Below are positions 51,601-64,000 of a stretch of 64,000 bases of DNA, in pieces. This DNA is from the human T2T-CHM13v2.0 reference genome, Homo sapiens. The stretch lies in the NCBI RefSeq assembly GCF_009914755.1, contig NC_060933.1, one strand, 5' to 3'. The notes beneath the pieces were generated by a model. It did not search any database. It was not told the origin of the DNA and worked only from the letters and a program-made list of their open reading frames with translations. Positions within the stretch are counted from its first letter, which is position 1. Each line of letters begins with the position of its first letter. The translations under genes were made by a program, and so were the position numbers.

Positions 51601-54600
51601 GTTTGAAACACTCTTTCTGCACTACCTGGAAGTGGACATTTGGAGCGCTTTGAGGCCTATGTTGAAAAAGGAAATATCTTCCCATAAAAACTAGACAGAA
51701 GCATTCTCAGAAACTTGTTTGTGATGTGTGTATTCAACTAACAGAGATGAACCTTTCTTTTTACAGAGCAGTTTTGAAACACTCTTTTTGTGGAATCTGA
51801 AAGTGGATATTTGGATAGCTTTGAGGATTTCGTTGGAAACGGGATTACATATAAAACCTAGAGAGAAGCATTCTCAGGAACTTCTTTTTGATGTTTGCCT
51901 TCAAGTCACAGGACTGAACATTCCCTTTCATAGAGCAGGTTTGAAACACTCTTTCTGTAGTATCTGCAAGCTGACGTTTCAAGCGCTTTCAGGCCTATGG
52001 TGAGAAAGGAAATATCTTCAAGTAAAAACTAGACAGAAGCATTCTCAGAAACTTATTTGCCATGTGTGTTCTCAACTAACAGAGTTGAACCTTTGTTTTG
52101 ATACGGCATTTTGGAAACACTCTTTTTGTAGAATCTGCAGGTGGATATTCGGATAGCTTTGAAGGTTTCGTTGGAAACGGGAATATCTTCATATAAAATC
52201 TAGACGGAAGCATTCTCAGAAACTGCTTTGTGATGTTTTCATTCAACTCACAGAGTAGAATGTTCCCTGTTATATACCAGGTTTGAGACACTCTTTCTGC
52301 ACTACCTGGAAGTGGACGTTTGGAGCGCTTTGAGGCGTATGTTGAAAAAGGAAATAACTTCCCATAAAAACTAGACAGAAGCATTCTCAGAAACTTGTTT
52401 GTGATGTGTGTATTCAACTAACAGAGATGAACCTTTCTTTTTACAGAGCAGTTTTGAAACACTCTTTTTGTGGAATCTGAAAGTGGATATTTGGATAGCT
52501 TTGAGGATTTCGTTGGAAACGGGATTACATATAAAATCTAGAGAGAAGCATTCTCAGGAACTTCTTTGTGATGTTTGCATTCACGTCACAGAACTGAACA
52601 TTCCCTTTCATAGAGCATGTTTGAAACACTCTTTCTGTAGTATCTGCAAACGGACATTTCATACGCTTTCAGGCCTATGGTGAGAAAGGAAATATCTTCA
52701 AGTAAAAACTAGACAGAAGCATTCTCAGAAACTTATTTGCGATGTGTGTCCTCAACTAACAGAGTTGAACCTTTCTTTTGATACAACATTTTGGAAACAC
52801 TCTTTTTGTAGAATCTGCAAGTGGATATTTGAATAGCTTTGAAGGTTTCGTTGGAAACGGGAATATCTTCATATAAAATCAAGACAGAAGCATTCTCAGA
52901 AACTTCTCTGTGATGTTTGCATTCAACTCATAGAGTTGAACACTTCCCTTCATACAGCAGGTTTGAAACACTCTTTTTGTAATATTTGGAAGTGGACATT
53001 TGCAGCGCTTTGAGGCCTATGATGAAAAAGGTAATATCTTCCCATAAAAACTAGACAGAAGCATTCTCAGAAACTTGTTTGTGATGTGTGTATTCAACTA
53101 ACAGAGATGAACCTTTCTTTTTACAGAGCAGTTTTGAAACACTCTTTTTGTGGAATCTGAAAGTGGATATTTGGATAGCTTTGCGGATTTCGTTGGAAAC
53201 GGGATTACATATAAAATCTAGGGAGAAGCATTCTCAGGAACTTCTTTGTGATGTTTGCATTCAAGTCACAGAACTGAACATTCCCTTTCATAGAGCAGGT
53301 TTGAAACACTCTTTCTGTAGTATCTGCAAGCGGACGTTTTAAGCGCTTTCAGGCCTGTGGTGAGAAAGGAAATATCTTCAAATAAAAACTAGACAGAAGC
53401 ATTCTCAGAAACTTATTTGCGATGTGTGTCCTCAACTAACAGAGTTGAACCTTTCTTTTGATACAACATTTTGGAAACACTCTTTTTGTAGAATCTGCAA
53501 GTGGATATTTGGATAGCTTTGAAGGTTTCGTTGGAAACGGGAATATCTTCATATGAAATCAAGACAGAAGCATTCTCAGAAACTTCTCTGTGATGTTTGC
53601 ATTCAACTCATAGAGTTGAACACTTCCCTTCATACAGCAGGTTTGAAACACTCTTTTTCTAATATTTGGAAGTGGACATTTGCAGCGCTTTGAGGCCTAT
53701 GTTGAAAAAGGAAATATCTTCTCCTAAAAACCAGACAGAAGCATTCTCAGAAACTTCCTTGTGATGTGTGTACTCAAGTAACAGAGTTGAACCTTCCTTT
53801 TGACAGAGCAGTTTTGAAGCACTCTTTTTGTAGAATCTGCAAGTGGATATTTTGATACCTTTGAGGATTTCGTTGGACACGGGATATCTTCATATAAAAT
53901 CTAGACAGAAGCATTCTCAGAAACTTCTTTGTGCTGTATGTCCTCAATTAACAGAGTTGAACCTTTGTGTGGATACAGCATTTTGGAAACATTCCTTTAG
54001 TAGAATCTGCAAGTTGATATTTAGATAGCTAGGAAGATTTCCTTGGAAACGGGAATATCTTCATATAAAATCTAGACGGAAGCATTCTCAGAAAGTGCTT
54101 TGTGATGTTTGCATTCAAGTCACAGAGTTGAATATTCCCTTTTATAGAGCAGGTTTGAAACACTCTTTCTGCACTACCTGGAAGTGGACATTTGGAGCGC
54201 TTTGAGGCCTATGTTGAAAAAGGAAATATCTTCCCATAAAAACTAGACAGAAGCATTCTCAGAAACTTGTTTGTGATGTGTGTATTCAACTAACAGAGAT
54301 GAACCTTTCTTTTTACAGAGCAGTTTTGAAACACTCTTTTTGTGGAATCTGAAAGTGGATATTTGGATAGCTTTGAGGATTTCGTTGGAAACGGGATTAC
54401 ATATAAAACCTAGAGAGAAGCATTCTCAGGAACTTCTTTTTGATGTTTGCCTTCAAGTCACAGGACTGAACATTCCCTTTCATAGAGCAGGTTTGAAACA
54501 CTCTTTCTGTAGTATCTGCAAGCTGACGTTTCAAGCGCTTTCAGGCCTATGGTGAGAAAGGAAATATCTTCAAGTAAAAACTAGACAGAAGCATTCTCAG

Positions 54601-56293
54601 AAACTTATTTGCCATGTGTGTTCTCAACTAACAGAGTTGAACCTTTGTTTTGATACGGCATTTTGGAAACACTCTTTTTGTAGAATCTGCAGGTGGATAT
54701 TCGGATAGCTTTGAAGGTTTCGTTGGAAACGGGAATATCTTCATATAAAATCTAGACGGAAGCATTCTCAGAAACTGCTTTGTGATGTTTTCATTCAACT
54801 CACAGAGTAGAATGTTCCCTGTTATATACCAGGTTTGAGACACTCTTTCTGCACTACCTGGAAGTGGACGTTTGGAGCGCTTTGAGGCGTATGTTGAAAA
54901 AGGAAATAACTTCCCATAAAAACTAGACAGAAGCATTCTCAGAAACTTGTTTGTGATGTGTGTATTCAACTAACAGAGATGAACCTTTCTTTTTACAGAG
55001 CAGTTTTGAAACACTCTTTTTGTGGAATCTGAAAGTGGATATTTGGATAGCTTTGAGGATTTCGTTGGAAACGGGATTACATATAAAATCTAGAGAGAAG
55101 CATTCTCAGGAACTTCTTTGTGATGTTTGCATTCACGTCACAGAACTGAACATTCCCTTTCATAGAGCATGTTTGAAACACTCTTTCTGTAGTATCTGCA
55201 AACGGACATTTCATACGCTTTCAGGCCTATGGTGAGAAAGGAAATATCTTCAAGTAAAAACTAGACAGAAGCATTCTCAGAAACTTATTTGCGATGTGTG
55301 TCCTCAACTAACAGAGTTGAACCTTTCTTTTGATACAACATTTTGGAAACACTCTTTTTGTAGAATCTGCAAGTGGATATTTGAATAGCTTTGAAGGTTT
55401 CGTTGGAAACGGGAATATCTTCATATAAAATCAAGACAGAAGCATTCTCAGAAACTTCTCTGTGATGTTTGCATTCAACTCATAGAGTTGAACACTTCCC
55501 TTCATACAGCAGGTTTGAAACACTCTTTTTGTAATATTTGGAAGTGGACATTTGCAGCGCTTTGAGGCCTATGATGAAAAAGGTAATATCTTCCCATAAA
55601 AACTAGACAGAAGCATTCTCAGAAACTTGTTTGTGATGTGTGTATTCAACTAACAGAGATGAACCTTTCTTTTTACAGAGCAGTTTTGAAACACTCTTTT
55701 TGTGGAATCTGAAAGTGGATATTTGGATAGCTTTGCGGATTTCGTTGGAAACGGGATTACATATAAAATCTAGGGAGAAGCATTCTCAGGAACTTCTTTG
55801 TGATGTTTGCATTCAAGTCACAGAACTGAACATTCCCTTTCATAGAGCAGGTTTGAAACACTCTTTCTGTAGTATCTGCAAGCGGACGTTTTAAGCGCTT
55901 TCAGGCCTGTGGTGAGAAAGGAAATATCTTCAAATAAAAACTAGACAGAAGCATTCTCAGAAACTTATTTGCGATGTGTGTCCTCAACTAACAGAGTTGA
56001 ACCTTTCTTTTGATACAACATTTTGGAAACACTCTTTTTGTAGAATCTGCAAGTGGATATTTGGATAGCTTTGAAGGTTTCGTTGGAAACGGGAATATCT
56101 TCATATGAAATCAAGACAGAAGCATTCTCAGAAACTTCTCTGTGATGTTTGCATTCAACTCATAGAGTTGAACACTTCCCTTCATACAGCAGGTTTGAAA
56201 CACTCTTTTTCTAATATTTGGAAGTGGACATTTGCAGCGCTTTGAGGCCTATGTTGAAAAAGGAAATATCTTCTCCTAAAAACCAGACAGAAG
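48638..56293 (+). repeat. Three apparently identical 15-mers, T-A-C-D
   Basis: Identical ORF translations at a 2552-bp period, including the private 113-aa ORF variant. Confidence 0.92.
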
Positions 56294-59200
56294 CATTCTC
56301 AGAAACTTCCTTGTGATGTGTGTACTCAAGTAACAGAGTTGAACCTTCCTTTTGACAGAGCAGTTTTGAAGCACTCTTTTTGTAGAATCTGCAAGTGGAT
56401 ATTTTGATACCTTTGAGGATTTCGTTGGACACGGGATATCTTCATATAAAATCTAGACAGAAGCATTCTCAGAAACTTCTTTGTGCTGTATGTCCTCAAT
56501 TAACAGAGTTGAACCTTTGTGTGGATACAGCATTTTGGAAACATTCCTTTAGTAGAATCTGTAAGTTGATATTTAGATAGCTAGGAAGATTTCCTTGGAA
56601 ACGGGAATATCTTCATATAAAATCTAGACGGAAGCATTCTCAGAAAGTGCTTTGTGATGTTTGCATTCAAGTCACAGAGTTGAATATTCCCTTTTATAGA
56701 GCAGGTTTGAAACACTCTTTCTGCACTACCTGGAAGTGGACATTTGGAGCGCTTTGAGGCCTATGTTGAAAAAGGAAATATCTTCCCATAAAAACTAGAC
56801 AGAAGCATTCTCAGAAACTTGTTTGTGATGTGTGTATTCAACTAACAGAGATGAACCTTTCTTTTTACAGAGCAGTTTTGAAACACTCTTTTTGTGGAAT
56901 CTGAAAGTGGATATTTGGATAGCTTTGAGGATTTCGTTGGAAACGGGATTACATATAAAACCTAGAGAGAAGCATTCTCAGGAACTTCTTTGTGATGTTT
57001 GCCTTCAAGTCACAGGACTGAACATTCCCTTTCATAGAGCAGGTTTGAAACACTCTTTCTGTAGTATCTGCAAGCTGACGTTTCAAGCGCTTTCAGGCCT
57101 ATGGTGAGAAAGGAAATATCTTCAAGTAAAAACTAGACAGAAGCATTCTCAGAAACTTATTTGCCATGTGTGTTCTCAACTAACAGAGTTGAACCTTTGT
57201 TTTGATACGGCATTTTGGAAACACTCTTTTTGTAGAATCTGCAGGTGGATATTCGGATAGCTTTGAAGGTTTCGTTGGAAACGGGAATATCTTCATATAA
57301 AATCTAGACGGAAGCATTCTCAGAAACTGCTTTGTGATGTTTTCATTCAAGTCACAGAGTAGAATGTTCCCTGTTATATACCAGGTTTGAGACACTCTTT
57401 CTGCACTACCTGGAAGTGGACGTTTGGAGCGCTTTGAGGCCTATGTTGAAAAAGGAAATATCTTCCCATAAAAACTAGACAGAAGCATTCTCAGAAACTT
57501 GTTTGTGATGTGTGTATTCAACTAACAGAGATGAACCTTTCTTTTTACAGAGCAGTTTTGAAACACTCTTTTTGTGGAATCTGAAAGTGGATATTTGGAT
57601 AGCTTTGAGGATTTCGTTGGAAACGGGATTACATATAAAACCTAGAGAGAAGCATTCTCAGGAACTTCTTTGTGATGTTTGCATTCAAGTCACAGAACTG
57701 AACATTCCCTTTCATAGAGCAGGTTTGAAACACTCTTTCTGTAGTATCTGCAAGCTGACGTTTCAAGCGCTTTCAGGCCTATGGTGAGAAAGGAAATATC
57801 TTCAAGTAAAAACTAGACAGAAGCATTCTCAGAAACTTATTTGCGATGTGTGTTCTCAACTAACAGAGTTGAACCTTTGTTTTGATATGGCATTTTGGAA
57901 ACACTCTTTTTGTAGAATCTGCAGGTGGATATTCGGATAGCTTTGAAGGTTTCGTTGGAAACGGGAATATCTTCATATAAAATCTAGACGGAAGCATTCT
58001 CAGAAACTGCTTTGTGATGTTTTCATTCAAGTCACAGAGTAGAATGTTCCCTGTTATATACCAGGTTTGAGACACTCTTTCTGCACTACCCGGAAGTGGA
58101 CATTTGCAGCGCTTTGAGGCCTATGATGAAAAAGGAAATATCTTCCCATAAAAACTAGACAGAAGCATTCTCAGAAACTTGTTTGTGATGTGTGTATTCA
58201 ACTAACAGAGATGAACCTTTCTTTTTACAGAGCAGTTTTGAATCACTCTTTTTGTGGAATCTGAAAGTGGATATTTGGATAGCTTTGAGGATTTCGTTGG
58301 AAACGGGATTACATATAAAATCTAGAGAGAAGCATTCTCAGGAACTTCTTTGTGATGTTTGCATTCACGTCACAGAACTGAACATTCCCTTTCATAGAGC
58401 ATGTTTGAAACACTCTTTCTGTAGTATCTGCAAACGGACATTTCAAACGCTTTCAGGCCTATGGTGAGAAAGGAAATATCTTCAAATAAAAACTAGACAG
58501 AAGCATTCTCAGAAACTTATTTGCGATGTGTGTCCTCAACTAACAGAGTTGAACCTTTCTTTTGATACAACATTTTGGAAACACTCTTTTTGTAGAATCT
58601 GCAAGTGGATATTTGAATAGCTTTGAAGGTTTCGTTGGAAACGGGAATATCTTCAAATAAAAACTAGACAGAAGCATTCTCAGAAACTTATTTGCGATGT
58701 GTGTCCTCAACTAACAGAGTTGAACCTTTCTTTTGATACAACATTTTGGAAACACTCTTTTTGTAGAATCTGCAAGTGGATATTTGAATAGCTTTGAAGG
58801 TTTCGTTGGAAACGGGAATATCTTCATATAAAATCAAGACAGAAGCATTCTCAGAAACTTCTCTGTGATGTTTGCATTCAACTCATAGAGTTGAACACTT
58901 CCCCTCATACAGCAGGTTTGAAACACTCTTTTTGTAATATTTGGAAGTGGACATTTGCAGCGCTTTGAGGCCTATGATGAAAAAGGTAATATCTTCCCAT
59001 AAAAACTAGACAGAAGCGTTCTCAGAAACTTGTTTGTGATGTGTGTATTCAACTAACAGAGATGAACCTTTCTTTTTACAGAGCAGTTTTGAAACACTCT
59101 TTTTGTGGAATCTGAAAGTGGATATTTGGATAGCTTTGCGGATTTCGTTGGAAACGGGATTACATATAAAATCTAGGGAGAAGCATTCTCAGGAACTTCT

Positions 59201-59696
59201 TTGTGATGTTTGCATTCAAGTCACAGAACTGAACATTCCCTTTCATAGAGCAGGTTTGAAACACTCTTTCTGTAGTATCTGCAAGCGGACGTTTTAAGCG
59301 CTTTCAGGCCTGTGGTGAGAAAGGAAATATCTTCAAATAAAAACTAGACAGAAGCATTCTCAGAAACTTATTTGCGATGTGTGTCCTCAACTAACAGAGT
59401 TGAACCTTTCTTTTGATACAACATTTTGGAAACACTCTTTTTGTAGAATCTGCAAGTGGATATTTGGATAGCTTTGAAGGTTTCGTTGGAAACGGGAATA
59501 TCTTCATATGAAATCAAGACAGAAGCATTCTCAGAAACTTCTCTGTGATGTTTGCATTCAACTCATAGAGTTGAACACTTCCCTTCATACAGCAGGTTTG
59601 AAACACTGTTTTTCTAATATTTGGAAGTGGACATTTGCAGCGCTTTGAGGCCTATGTTGAAAAAGGAAATATCTTCTCCTAAAAACCAGACAGAAG
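56294..59696 (+). repeat. HOR 20-mer: T-A-B-C-D with one duplicated monomer, 3403 bp
   Basis: Tetramer spacing 58192 to 59043 is 851 = 680+171. Confidence 0.93.
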
Positions 59697-62600
59697 CATT
59701 CTCAGAAACTTCCTTGTGATGTGTGTACTCAAGTAACAGAGTTGAACCTTCCTTTTGACGGAGCAGTTTTGAAGCACTCTTTTTGTAGAATCTGCAAGTG
59801 GATATTTTGATACCTTTGAGGATTTCGTTGGACACGGGATATCTTCATATAAAATCTAGACAGAAGCATTCTCAGAAACTTCTTTGTGCTGTATGTCCTC
59901 AATTAACAGAGTTGAACCTTTGTGTGGATACAGCATTTTGGAAACATTCCTTTAGTAGAATCTGCAAGTTGATATTTAGATAGCTAGGAAGATTTCCTTG
60001 GAAACGGGAATATCTTCATATAAAATCTAGACGGAAGCATTCTCAGAAAGTGCTTTGTGATGTTTGCATTCAAGTCACAGAGTTGAATATTCCCTTTTAT
60101 AGAGCAGGTTTGAAACACTCTTTCTGCACTACCTGGAAGTGGACATTTGGAGCGCTTTGAGGCCTATGTTGAAAAACGAAATATCTTCCCATAAAAACTA
60201 GACAGAAGCATTCTCAGAAACTTGTTTGTGATGTGTGTATTCAACTAACAGAGATGAACCTTTCTTTTTACAGAGCAGTTTTGAAACACTCTTTTTGTGG
60301 AATCTGAAAGTGGATATTTGGATAGCTTTGAGGATTTCGTTGGAAACGGGATTACATATAAAACCTAGAGAGAAGCATTCTCAGGAACTTCTTTTTGATG
60401 TTTGCCTTCAAGTCACAGGACTGAACATTCCCTTTCATAGAGCAGGTTTGAAACACTCTTTCTGTAGTATCTGCAAGCTGACGTTTCAAGCGCTTTCAGG
60501 CCTATGGTGAGAAAGGAAATATCTTCAAGTAAAAACTAGACAGAAGCATTCTCCGAAACTTATTTGCCATGTGTGTTCTCAACTAACAGAGTTGAACCTT
60601 TGTTTTGATACGGCATTTTGGAAACACTCTTTTTGTAGAATCTGCAGGTGGATATTCGGATAGCTTTGAAGGTTTCGTTGGAAACGGGAATATCTTCATA
60701 TAAAATCTAGACGGAAGCATTCTCAGAAACTGCTTTGTGATGTTTTCATTCAAGTCACAGAGTAGAATGTTCCCTGTTATATACCAGGTTTGAGACACTC
60801 TTTCTGCACTACCTGGAAGTGGACGTTTGGAGCGCTTTGAGGCCTATGTTGAAAAAGGAAATATCTTCCCATAAAAACTAGACAGAAGCATTCTCAGAAA
60901 CTTGTTTGTGATGTGTGTATTCAACTAACAGAGATGAACCTTTCTTTTTACAGAGCAGTTTTGAAACACTCTTTTTCTGGAATCTGAAAGTGGATATTTG
61001 GATAGCTTTGAGGATTTCGTTGGAAACGGGATTACATATAAAATCTAGAGAGAAGCATTCTCAGGAACTTCTTTGTGATGTTTGCATTCACGTCACAGAA
61101 CTGAACATTCCCTTTCATAGAGCATGTTTGAAACACTCTTTCTGTAGTATCTGCAAACGGACATTTCAAACGCTTTCAGGCCTATGGTGAGAAAGGAAAT
61201 ATCTTCAAGTAAAAACTAGACAGAAGCATTCTCAGAAACTTATTTGCGATGTGTGTCCTCAACTAACAGAGTTGAACCTTTCTTTTGATACAACATTTTG
61301 GAAACACTCTTTTTGTAGAATCTGCAAGTGGATATTTGAATAGCTTTGAAGGTTTCGTTGGAAACGGGAATATCTTCATATAAAATCAAGACAGAAGCAT
61401 TCTCAGAAACTTCTCTGTGATGTTTGCATTCAACTCATAGAGTTGAACACTTCCCTTCATACAGCAGGTTTGAAACACTCTTTTTGTAATATTTGGAAGT
61501 GGACATTTGCAGCGCTTTGAGGCCTATGATGAAAAAGGTAATATCTTCCCATAAAAACTAGACAGAAGCATTCTCAGAAACTTGTTTGTGATGTGTGTAT
61601 TCAACTAACAGAGATGAACCTTTCTTTTTACAGAGCAGTTTTGAAACACTCTTTTTGTGGAATCTGAAAGTGGATATTTGGATAGCTTTGCGGATTTCGT
61701 TGGAAACGGGATTACATATAAAATCTAGGGAGAAGCATTCTCAGGAACTTCTTTGTGATGTTTGCATTCAAGTCACAGAACTGAACATTCCCTTTCATAG
61801 AGCAGGTTTGAAACACTCTTTCTGTAGTATCTGCAAGCGGACGTTTTAAGCGCTTTCAGGCCTGTGGTGAGAAAGGAAATATCTTCAAATAAAAACTAGA
61901 CAGAAGCATTCTCAGAAACTTATTTGCGATGTGTGTCCTCAACTAACAGAGTTGAACCTTTCTTTTGATACAACATTTTGGAAACACTCTTTTTGTAGAA
62001 TCTGCAAGTGGATATTTGGATAGCTTTGAAGGTTTCGTTGGAAACGGGAATATCTTCATATGAAATCAAGACAGAAGCATTCTCAGAAACTTCTCTGTGA
62101 TGTTTGCATTCAACTCATAGAGTTGAACACTTCCCTTCATACAGCAGGTTTGAAACACTGTTTTTCTAATATTTGGAAGTGGACATTTGCAGCGCTTTGA
62201 GGCCTATGTTGAAAAAGGAAATATCTTCTCCTAAAAACCAGACAGAAGCATTCTCAGAAACTTCCTTGTGATGTGTGTACTCAAATAACAGAGTTGAACC
62301 TTCCTTTTGACGGAGCAGTTTTGAAGCACTCTTTTTGTAGAATCTGCAAGTGGATATTTTGATACCTTTGAGGATTTCGTTGGACACGGGATATCTTCAT
62401 ATAAAATCTAGGCAGAAGCATTCTCAGAAACTTCTTTGTGCTGTATGTCCTCAATTAACAGAGTTGAACCTTTGTGTGGATACAGCATTTTGGAAACATT
62501 CCTTTAGTAGAATCTGCAAGTTGATATTTAGATAGCTAGGAAGATTTCCTTGGAAACGGGAATATCTTCATATAAAATCTAGACGGAAGCATTCTCAGAA

Positions 62601-64000
62601 AGTGCTTTGTGATGTTTGCATTCAAGTCACAGAGTTGAATATTCCCTTTTATAGAGCAGGTTTGAAACACTCTTTCTGCACTACCTGGAAGTGGACATTT
62701 GGAGCGCTTTGAGGCCTATGTTGCAAAACGAAATATCTTCCCATAAAAACTAGACAGAAGCATTCTCAGAAACTTGTTTGTGATGTGTGTATTCAACTAA
62801 CAGAGATGAACCTTTCTTTTTACAGAGCAGTTTTGAAACACTCTTTTTGTGGAATCTGAAAGTGGATATTTGGATAGCTTTGAGGATTTCGTTGGAAACG
62901 GGATTACATATAAAACCTAGAGAGAAGCATTCTCAGGAACTTCTTTGTGATGTTTGCATTCAAGTCACAGAACTGAACATTCCCTTTCATAGAGCAGGTT
63001 TGAAACACTCTTTCTGTAGTATCTGCAAGCTGACGTTTCAAGCGCTTTCAGGCCTATGGTGAGAAAGGAAATATCTTCAAGTAAAAACTAGACAGAAGCA
63101 TTCTCAGAAACTTATTTGCCATGTGTGTTCTCAACTAACAGAGTTGAACCTTTGTTTTGATACGGCATTTTGGAAACACTCTTTTTGTAGAATCTGCAGG
63201 TGGATATTCGGATAGCTTTGAAGGTTTCGTTGGAAACGGGAATATCTTCATATAAAATCTAGACGGAAGCATTCTCAGAAACTGCTTTGTGATGTTTTCA
63301 TTCAAGTCACAGAGTAGAATGTTCCCTGTTATATACCAGGTTTGAGACACTCTTTCTGCACTACCTGGAAGTGGACGTTTGGAGCGCTTTGAGGCCTATG
63401 TTGAAAAAGGAAATATCTTCCCATAAAAACTAGACAGAAGCATTCTCAGAAACTTGTTTGTGATGTGTGTATTCAACTAACAGAGATGAACCTTTCTTTT
63501 TACAGAGCAGTTTTGAAACACTCTTTTTGTGGAATCTGAAAGTGGATATTTGGATAGCTTTGAGGATTTCGTTGGAAACGGGATTACAGATAAAACCTAG
63601 AGAGAAGCATTCTCAGGAACTTCTTTGTGATGTTTGCATTCAAGTCACAGAACTGAACATTCCCTTTCATAGAGCAGGTTTGAAACACTCTTTCTGAAGT
63701 ATCTGCAAGCTGACGTTTCAAGCGCTTTCAGGCCTATGGTGAGAAAGGAAATATCTTCAAGTAAAAACTAGACAGAAGCATTCTCAAAAACTTATTTGCG
63801 ATGTGTGTTCTCAACTAACAGAGTTGAACCTTTGTTTTGATATGGCATTTTGGAAACACTCTTTTTGTAGAATCTGCAGGTGGATATTCGGATAGCTTTG
63901 AAGGTTTCGTTGGAAACGGGAATATCTTCATATAAAATCTAGACGGAAGCATTCTCAGAAACTGCTTTGTGATGTTTTCATTCAAGTCACAGAGTAGAAT
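59697..64000 (+). repeat. 15-mer T-A-C-D (59697-62248) followed by a partial unit T-A-B running off the window
   Basis: Markers 59798 and 62350; tetramer ORFs at 62787 and 63467. Confidence 0.9.

Larger units (their letters stand above)
1..64000 (+). repeat. Centromeric alpha-satellite higher-order repeat array (~171-bp monomers, dimeric CENP-B-box/pJalpha pattern)
   Basis: The alphoid motif CATTCTCAGAAACT recurs every ~170 bp. TTTCGTTGGAAACGGGA boxes alternate at 338/342-bp spacing (e.g. 281, 623; 1135, 1473). The ORF track repeats with 680, 2552 and 3232 bp periods. Confidence 0.99.
1..64000 (+). repeat. D4Z1: Probable human chromosome 4 active array D4Z1 (S2C4H1L, suprachromosomal family 2), region rich in 15-mer variants
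   Basis: The full unit is 512+4x680=3232 bp (19 monomers) with 2552-bp 15-mer variants, matching my recollection of D4Z1. The related chr9 D9Z4 is 7-mer/4-mer based, and no 1192-bp 7-mer unit occurs here. Not verified by alignment. Confidence 0.75.

Noticed and set aside
49524-54969. 113-aa minus-strand ORF in three copies
   Set aside because: A stop-removing SNP in the triplicated HOR; no evidence of coding function.
414-63697. Recurrent 61-91 aa ORFs (MYSTNRDE..., MSQTWY..., MSNEIL..., MDILIP...) as a repeated gene cassette
   Set aside because: They are chance open frames in alpha satellite. Several start at non-ATG codons, they overlap on both strands, have no recognisable domain and are freely broken by indels and stops. 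I used them only as periodicity markers.
1-64000. CRISPR-like array (conserved gacagaagcattctcagaaact every ~171 bp)
   Set aside because: The intervening sequences are homologous to one another rather than unique spacers, and there are no cas genes or leader.
1-64000. L1/Alu insertion, inversion or array edge
   Set aside because: All marker spacings are explained by 512, 680 and 171-bp modules plus or minus 1 bp, orientation is constant, and I saw no poly-A or non-alphoid sequence.
1-64000. Assignment to chr9 D9Z4
   Set aside because: Disfavoured but not excluded: there is no 7-mer unit, and four distinct tetramer types sum to a 3232-bp 19-mer. An alignment to reference HORs would decide.
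1-64000. A previously undescribed biological system, or locating the kinetochore/CDR in this window
   Set aside because: The sequence is a well-known repeat family. CENP-A occupancy and hypomethylation cannot be read from sequence alone.

Overview
The whole 64 kb is one uninterrupted, head-to-tail, single-orientation array of primate (very probably human) centromeric alpha satellite, with ~171-bp monomers and CENP-B boxes in roughly every second monomer. I see no genes, RNA genes, transposon insertions, inversions or CRISPR arrays; the ORF track is only translated satellite. The higher-order repeat (HOR) consists of a 512-bp trimer (T) plus 680-bp tetramers of four SNP-distinguishable types (my labels A, B, C, D). 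The full T-A-B-C-D unit is a 19-mer of 3232 bp. This matches, from recall and not from a search, the chromosome 4 D4Z1/S2C4H1L HOR; the related chr9 D9Z4 is the main alternative. The 22 complete units are 16 15-mers, 2 19-mers, 2 27-mers, 1 20-mer and 1 11-mer. I found no new biological system. What is interesting is the readable record of array turnover: a recent 7143-bp tandem duplication, fused HORs, reciprocal recombinant junctions, a single-monomer duplication, a short conversion tract and mutated CENP-B boxes.
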